A model generated the notes under the pieces. That model searched no databases. It was not told the origin of the DNA and saw only the letters and a program-made list of their open reading frames with translations. A stretch of 61,609 nucleotides of DNA, filler included. It is 6 parts of 6 records of this genome, joined end to end, with 100 filler letters (N's around TTAATTAATTAA, not from the genome) between each part and the next. Parts side by side here need not be neighbours in the genome. Positions count along the whole stretch, not along the records: positions 49,911 to 61,609 come from DRR723986_15195; 5 more parts are not named here. One strand, written 5' to 3'. Positions 57,304 to 61,609 of this stretch are shown here, piece after piece. The translations under genes and the position numbers were made by a program. Every line of letters begins with the position of its first letter. The stretch's first letter is position 1.

Positions 57304-60045
57304 ATGGATTCTGTCAGCGAGTATTATTCCGCAACCCAATTGCGTGCTGATAGGTGGAGCGCCCTGCGCGAAGCCGCCGCATCCCTGTCCCGAGAGACCG
57401 CTGCGAAAAAGGTCTCGGCGCTCAAGCTGCGCATTGGCGATTTGTTCGAATCCCTGGCCCTGATCGAGCCCTATTGGGCCTTTCCCGGCATGGCCGCCTT
57501 TGACCACATGCGCCGCAATTTCGAGCATGGCAATTATGAGGATTTATCCTTTACAATCAGTCGCGTCACCCGCGCCTTGACCACCGGCGCCTATCGGCGG
57601 CGCAGCATCCCGCTGGACCGTGACACCACCGACGATGACGAACACAACGACGAGGCGATGCTATCGCCCGAGGCCCGCGCCATGGCCCGCCCCTATTTCG
57701 AGGTGCTGATCGTCGACAACGTCAATGACCAACAGGAACGCTGGCTCAAAAGCAACGTCGCCCGCATGCGCCGCCCCGAAGATCCGTTTCATTATGAGGC
57801 CGTGGTGGTGCCCAGCCTTGAGGACGCGCTGATTGCCGTCCTCTTCAATCACAACATCCAGGCGATTGTGGTGCGCCCCGGATTGGTGCTGAAATCCAAG
57901 AACGACAATGAGATTCTGGCAAAATATGCCACCAACGCCAGCGATGCAGATGCCATCGAAGCAATGCTGCCCGAGGATTACGGCCCTGAATTGTGCCGCC
58001 TGATCGCCCGTGTCCGCCCCGAGTTGGACGCTTATCTGGTCACCGAACGGTCTGTGGAGGATATCGCAGGGCTGGATCTGGGGATCTGCCGGCGGGTGTT
58101 CTACAATCAAGAAGATTTTATGGAGCTGCACCTGAACATCCTGCGCGGTGTGGCGGCGCGCAACAAGACCCCGTTCTTCACGGCGCTGGTGGAATATTCC
58201 AAGCAGCCCACCGGCGTATTTCACGCGATGCCAATCAGCCGCGGCAAATCCATCACTCGGTCCCATTGGATACAGGACATGGGCGCATTCTACGGGCCCA
58301 ATATCTTTCTCGCGGAAACCTCTGCCACCTCCGGCGGGCTCGACAGCCTGCTGGAGCCGCAAGGCCCGATCAAAGAGGCACAGGAATTGGCCAGCCGCGC
58401 CTTTGGATCGAAACAGACTTTCTTTGCCACCAACGGCACCTCGACCTGTAACAAGATCGTTGTGCAGGCCTTGGTCCGGCCCGGTGACATCGTGCTGGTG
58501 GACCGGGACTGCCACAAATCGCACCATTATGGGATGGTTTTGGCCGGGGCCGAAGTTGTCTACCTCGACAGCTATCCACTGAACCAATATTCGATGTATG
58601 GCGCGGTGCCGCTCAAGGAAATCAAGCATCAATTGCTTGCACTTAAGGCCGCAGGCAAACTTGACCGTGTGCGGATGCTGCTGCTGACCAACTGTACCTT
58701 TGACGGGCTGGTTTACAACGTGGAACGGGTGATGGAGGAATGTCTTGCCATCAAACCCGACCTGATCTTCCTCTGGGATGAGGCGTGGTTTGCCTTTGCC
58801 CGGTTTAGCCCGACCTATCGCCAACGGACCGGCATGCGCACCGCCAACAACCTGCGCAAACGTCTTCGTACAGAGGATCACAAACGCGCCTATGAGGCCC
58901 AGCAGGAAGCCTTGGTTGACGCCAGCGATGAAACGCTGATCGAGACCCGCCTGATCGCCCCGCCGGAGGCGCGGATCAGGGTCTATGCCACCCAATCCAC
59001 ACACAAAACGCTGACATCGCTTAGGCAAGGGTCGATGATCCATGTGAACGATCAGGACTTTAAAGGCGAAGTCGAACAAAGCTTCCACGAAGCTTACATG
59101 ACCCATACGTCAACATCGCCGAATTACCAGATCATCGCCTCGCTTGATGTGGGCCGCCGCCAGGTTGAACTGGAAGGGTTCGAGTTTGTGCAGCGCCAGA
59201 TCGAGGCGGCTATGGCGATGCGCAAAGCGGTCAGCAGTCATCCGCTTTTGCAGAAATATTTCAAGGTCTTGACCGCCGGCGACATGATCCCCGAACGGTA
59301 TCGCCAAAGCGGCGTCACCAGCTATTTCGACAATGAACAAGGCTGGACCGACATGTGGGATTGTTGGGAACAGGACGATTTTGTCCTCGACGCCACCCGC
59401 GTGACATTGGCCGTGGGCGGCACGGGCTGGGACGGTGACACGTTCAAGACCCAGATTTTGATGGATAAATACGGTATCCAGATCAATAAAACCTCGCGCA
59501 ATACCGTGCTGTTTATGACCAATATCGGCACAACGCGTTCTTCGGTGGCCTATCTCATCGAGGTGCTGGTGGAGATCGCAAATGAGCTGGACGAGCTGTT
59601 GGATGACGCCTCCAAAATGGAGCGGTTGTCGTTTGACCGGCGCGTGAAAAACCTGACGGAAAACTATCCGCCCCTGCCCGATTTCAGCCGGTTCCACGAT
59701 GCCTTCCGCCCCGATGATCTGACCCCCGAAGGCGACATCCGCACCGCATACTACCTCAGTTATGATGAGAAAAACTGCGACTATCTGGAACTTGACGGAT
59801 CGCTTAAAGAGGCGCTGGAGGCCGATCAGGAGGTCGTCTCGGCCAGTTTCATCATCCCCTACCCGCCCGGCTTTCCGATCCTGGTGCCGGGGCAAGTTGT
59901 CAGCCGTGAGATCCTCGCATTTATGCTGGCGCTCGACGTCAACGAAATCCACGGATACCGCGCCGATCTTGGCCTGCGCGTATTCACACCAGAGGCTCTG
60001 GCCGCCTTGCCCAAGGCCAAATCAATCACAACAGCCGCCGAATAA
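57304..60045 (+). CDS. Orn/Lys/Arg decarboxylase family PLP enzyme (913 aa)
   Basis: NGTSTCNK, DRDCHKSHH, NCTFDG, WDEAWF, QSTHKTL (PLP lysine), HTSTSPNY and PYPPGFP motifs. Confidence 0.93.
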   Translation: MDSVSEYYSATQLRADRWSALREAAASLSRETAAKKVSALKLRIGDLFESLALIEPYWAFPGMAAFDHMRRNFEHGNYEDLSFTISRVTRALTTGAYRRRSIPLDRDTTDDDEHNDEAMLSPEARAMARPYFEVLIVDNVNDQQERWLKSNVARMRRPEDPFHYEAVVVPSLEDALIAVLFNHNIQAIVVRPGLVLKSKNDNEILAKYATNASDADAIEAMLPEDYGPELCRLIARVRPELDAYLVTERSVEDIAGLDLGICRRVFYNQEDFMELHLNILRGVAARNKTPFFTALVEYSKQPTGVFHAMPISRGKSITRSHWIQDMGAFYGPNIFLAETSATSGGLDSLLEPQGPIKEAQELASRAFGSKQTFFATNGTSTCNKIVVQALVRPGDIVLVDRDCHKSHHYGMVLAGAEVVYLDSYPLNQYSMYGAVPLKEIKHQLLALKAAGKLDRVRMLLLTNCTFDGLVYNVERVMEECLAIKPDLIFLWDEAWFAFARFSPTYRQRTGMRTANNLRKRLRTEDHKRAYEAQQEALVDASDETLIETRLIAPPEARIRVYATQSTHKTLTSLRQGSMIHVNDQDFKGEVEQSFHEAYMTHTSTSPNYQIIASLDVGRRQVELEGFEFVQRQIEAAMAMRKAVSSHPLLQKYFKVLTAGDMIPERYRQSGVTSYFDNEQGWTDMWDCWEQDDFVLDATRVTLAVGGTGWDGDTFKTQILMDKYGIQINKTSRNTVLFMTNIGTTRSSVAYLIEVLVEIANELDELLDDASKMERLSFDRRVKNLTENYPPLPDFSRFHDAFRPDDLTPEGDIRTAYYLSYDEKNCDYLELDGSLKEALEADQEVVSASFIIPYPPGFPILVPGQVVSREILAFMLALDVNEIHGYRADLGLRVFTPEALAALPKAKSITTAAE

Positions 60046-60060
60046 GAAAAGGACACGAAG

Positions 60061-61518
60061 ATGCCAACAGTGCTCAAGAATATTTCCGAAATCCGCCGGT
60101 TCTTTCATCGCAATGAAGATCCGATCTATTTCATTTCGGCGACCAACTTTAACCTTCTTGGCCTCGACGAATGGGTCAAGAATTTCAAATACATCTGCTA
60201 CATCGACTGTTATGGCGGCAAGCATCCGAATGTGTTCTGCCCCTCCGAACAGCCCCATGCGGAGTTTCAGTCCATTGAGGACATCAACAACTACCTTCTG
60301 CAACACAAGGAGGTGATTGATTTCATCAAACGCCGCGGCGGTAAGCCCAAGTTTGTGTTCCTGATGTTTGACGAGGAAACCGAACGCCTGTCCAAAGAGC
60401 TGGGCGCGGACGTGTGGTTCCCCAAGGCCAAGCTGCGCACCAAGATGGACAACAAGATCGAAACCGTGCGCATCGGCAACAAGGCGGGCGTGCCCTCGGT
60501 GCCGAATGTGCTGGCCGAGGTCAAAGATTATGAGGATCTGAAAAAGACCTGTGATAAGGCCGGGATCGGCCATGATCTGGTGCTGCAATCGGCCTTTGGT
60601 GACAGCGGCCACACCACGTTCTTTATCAAATCCGAGGCTGATTTCCGCCGCCATGAACATGAGATCGTCGGCGAAGGCGAGATCAAGATCATGAAGCGGA
60701 TCGATTGCCGCGGCTCGGCCATCGAAGGCTGTGCCACCAAGGAAGGCACAATCGTTGGCCCGCTCATGACCGAACTGGTTGGGTTCAAGGAATTGACCCC
60801 CTATCGCGGCGGCTGGTGCGGCAATGAAATTCTTTCAACCGCCTTCCCGCCCAAGGTGCGCCAGAAGGCCCGCGAGCTGACCTTCAAGTTTGGTGAACAG
60901 CTGCGCAAGGAAGGCTATCGCGGCTATTTTGAACTGGATTTCCTGATCGACAAGAAAACCGGCGATATCTGGCTGGGTGAATTGAACCCGCGCATCACGG
61001 GCGCCTCTTCGATGACCAACCATGCGGCCTTTGCCCACGCCGATGCGCCATTGTTCCTGTTCCACCTGCTGGAATTTTCCAAGAAAAAATTCCAGCTCGA
61101 CGTGGATGAGCTGAACGCCCGCTGGGCCGATCCCGCCAATATCGACAGCTGGTCCCAGATGGTGATCAAACACACTGACGACAGCGTCGACATTTGTACC
61201 GCATCGCCGGAAACCGGCATTTACAAGATGTTAGAGGACGGCAGCGTGGTCTATGACCGGTTTGATTATCACCGCCGCGCCGTCGAAAGCGAGAACGAAG
61301 CTTTCTTCCTGCGCATCCTGCAACCGGGTGATTACCGCTATGAAGGGGCCGATATTGGCATCCTGGTGACGCGAGGTCGTTCTATGACCAAGAATTTCCA
61401 GTTGAATGAACGCGCCAAGAAATGGATACACGGAATCAAGAAATCGGTCGATGGCAAGCCGTTGCCCGTTGCCAACGCTGGTCCGGCCCTCGCAGACCCG
61501 GCGTTCAAAATCCTGTAA
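60061..61518 (+). CDS. ATP-grasp ligase of unknown specificity (often labelled biotin carboxylase-like)
   Basis: DNK, GDSGHTTF glycine loop, GYFELDF and GELNPR ATP-grasp motifs. Confidence 0.85.
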   Translation: MPTVLKNISEIRRFFHRNEDPIYFISATNFNLLGLDEWVKNFKYICYIDCYGGKHPNVFCPSEQPHAEFQSIEDINNYLLQHKEVIDFIKRRGGKPKFVFLMFDEETERLSKELGADVWFPKAKLRTKMDNKIETVRIGNKAGVPSVPNVLAEVKDYEDLKKTCDKAGIGHDLVLQSAFGDSGHTTFFIKSEADFRRHEHEIVGEGEIKIMKRIDCRGSAIEGCATKEGTIVGPLMTELVGFKELTPYRGGWCGNEILSTAFPPKVRQKARELTFKFGEQLRKEGYRGYFELDFLIDKKTGDIWLGELNPRITGASSMTNHAAFAHADAPLFLFHLLEFSKKKFQLDVDELNARWADPANIDSWSQMVIKHTDDSVDICTASPETGIYKMLEDGSVVYDRFDYHRRAVESENEAFFLRILQPGDYRYEGADIGILVTRGRSMTKNFQLNERAKKWIHGIKKSVDGKPLPVANAGPALADPAFKIL

Positions 61519-61527
61519 GGACTGTCT

Positions 61528-61609
61528 ATGCATTGGCGCGCACTCAGCGAAGACATGCCCGGCCCCAAATGGGCCGGGCTTTTTGCGGAATACTGGCCCG
61601 ATTACCGGC
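61528..61609 (+). CDS. Probable C45-family peptidase/acyltransferase, N-terminus only
   Basis: ATG 9 bp after the previous stop with an AAGGA RBS; MHWRALSEDMPGPKWAGLFAEYWPDYR resembles recalled C45 N-termini. Only 27 aa are visible. Confidence 0.5.
   Translation, partial: MHWRALSEDMPGPKWAGLFAEYWPDYR

Noticed and set aside
57661-60660. 481-, 280- and 212-aa minus-strand ORFs
   Set aside because: Antisense to the decarboxylase and ATP-grasp genes, which carry clear catalytic motifs.

Overview
The window is not one locus. It is six contigs joined by artificial 100-bp linkers (44 N + TTAATTAATTAA + 44 N) at 5356-5455, 24293-24392, 36061-36160, 42729-42828 and 49811-49910, so gene context cannot be read across linkers. 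Contig 1 (1-5355, Planctomycete-like): REP cluster, fluoride channel fluC/crcB, Tat-signal oxidoreductase-like protein, DUF1080 protein and two TatA-family genes. Contig 2 (5456-24292, FCB/Bacteroidota-like): truncated tyrosine integrase, a cassette-like PLP Cys/Met enzyme with attC-like ends, an IS remnant, two paralogous helical proteins, and a tightly coupled operon (beta-barrel, 2007-aa TANFOR-like protein, FN3 protein, renalase-like flavoprotein). Contig 3 (24393-36060): a tandem array of at least three small Cys-containing secreted paralogs and a ~3150-aa FG-GAP/Ig adhesin with a T9SS-type C-terminus. Contig 4 (36161-42728): a 249-bp tandem non-coding element, a dispersed 36-bp repeat, gene fragments resembling immunity genes, and a T9SS-type protein. 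Contigs 5-6 (Rhodobacteraceae-like): dctM, bisC-like, tpiA, 2OG oxygenase, sufA/iscA, GDPD, sufT; then SDRs, an RTX protein, a PuuR-like regulator, gabT, and a nitrilase, decarboxylase, ATP-grasp, probable C45 peptidase cluster. The best candidates for undescribed systems are the barrel/TANFOR/FN3 operon, the amine-conjugation cluster, the paired helical proteins and the 249-bp element. No rRNA, complete tRNA or CRISPR array was seen. All family calls are from motif recognition by eye, without database searches.
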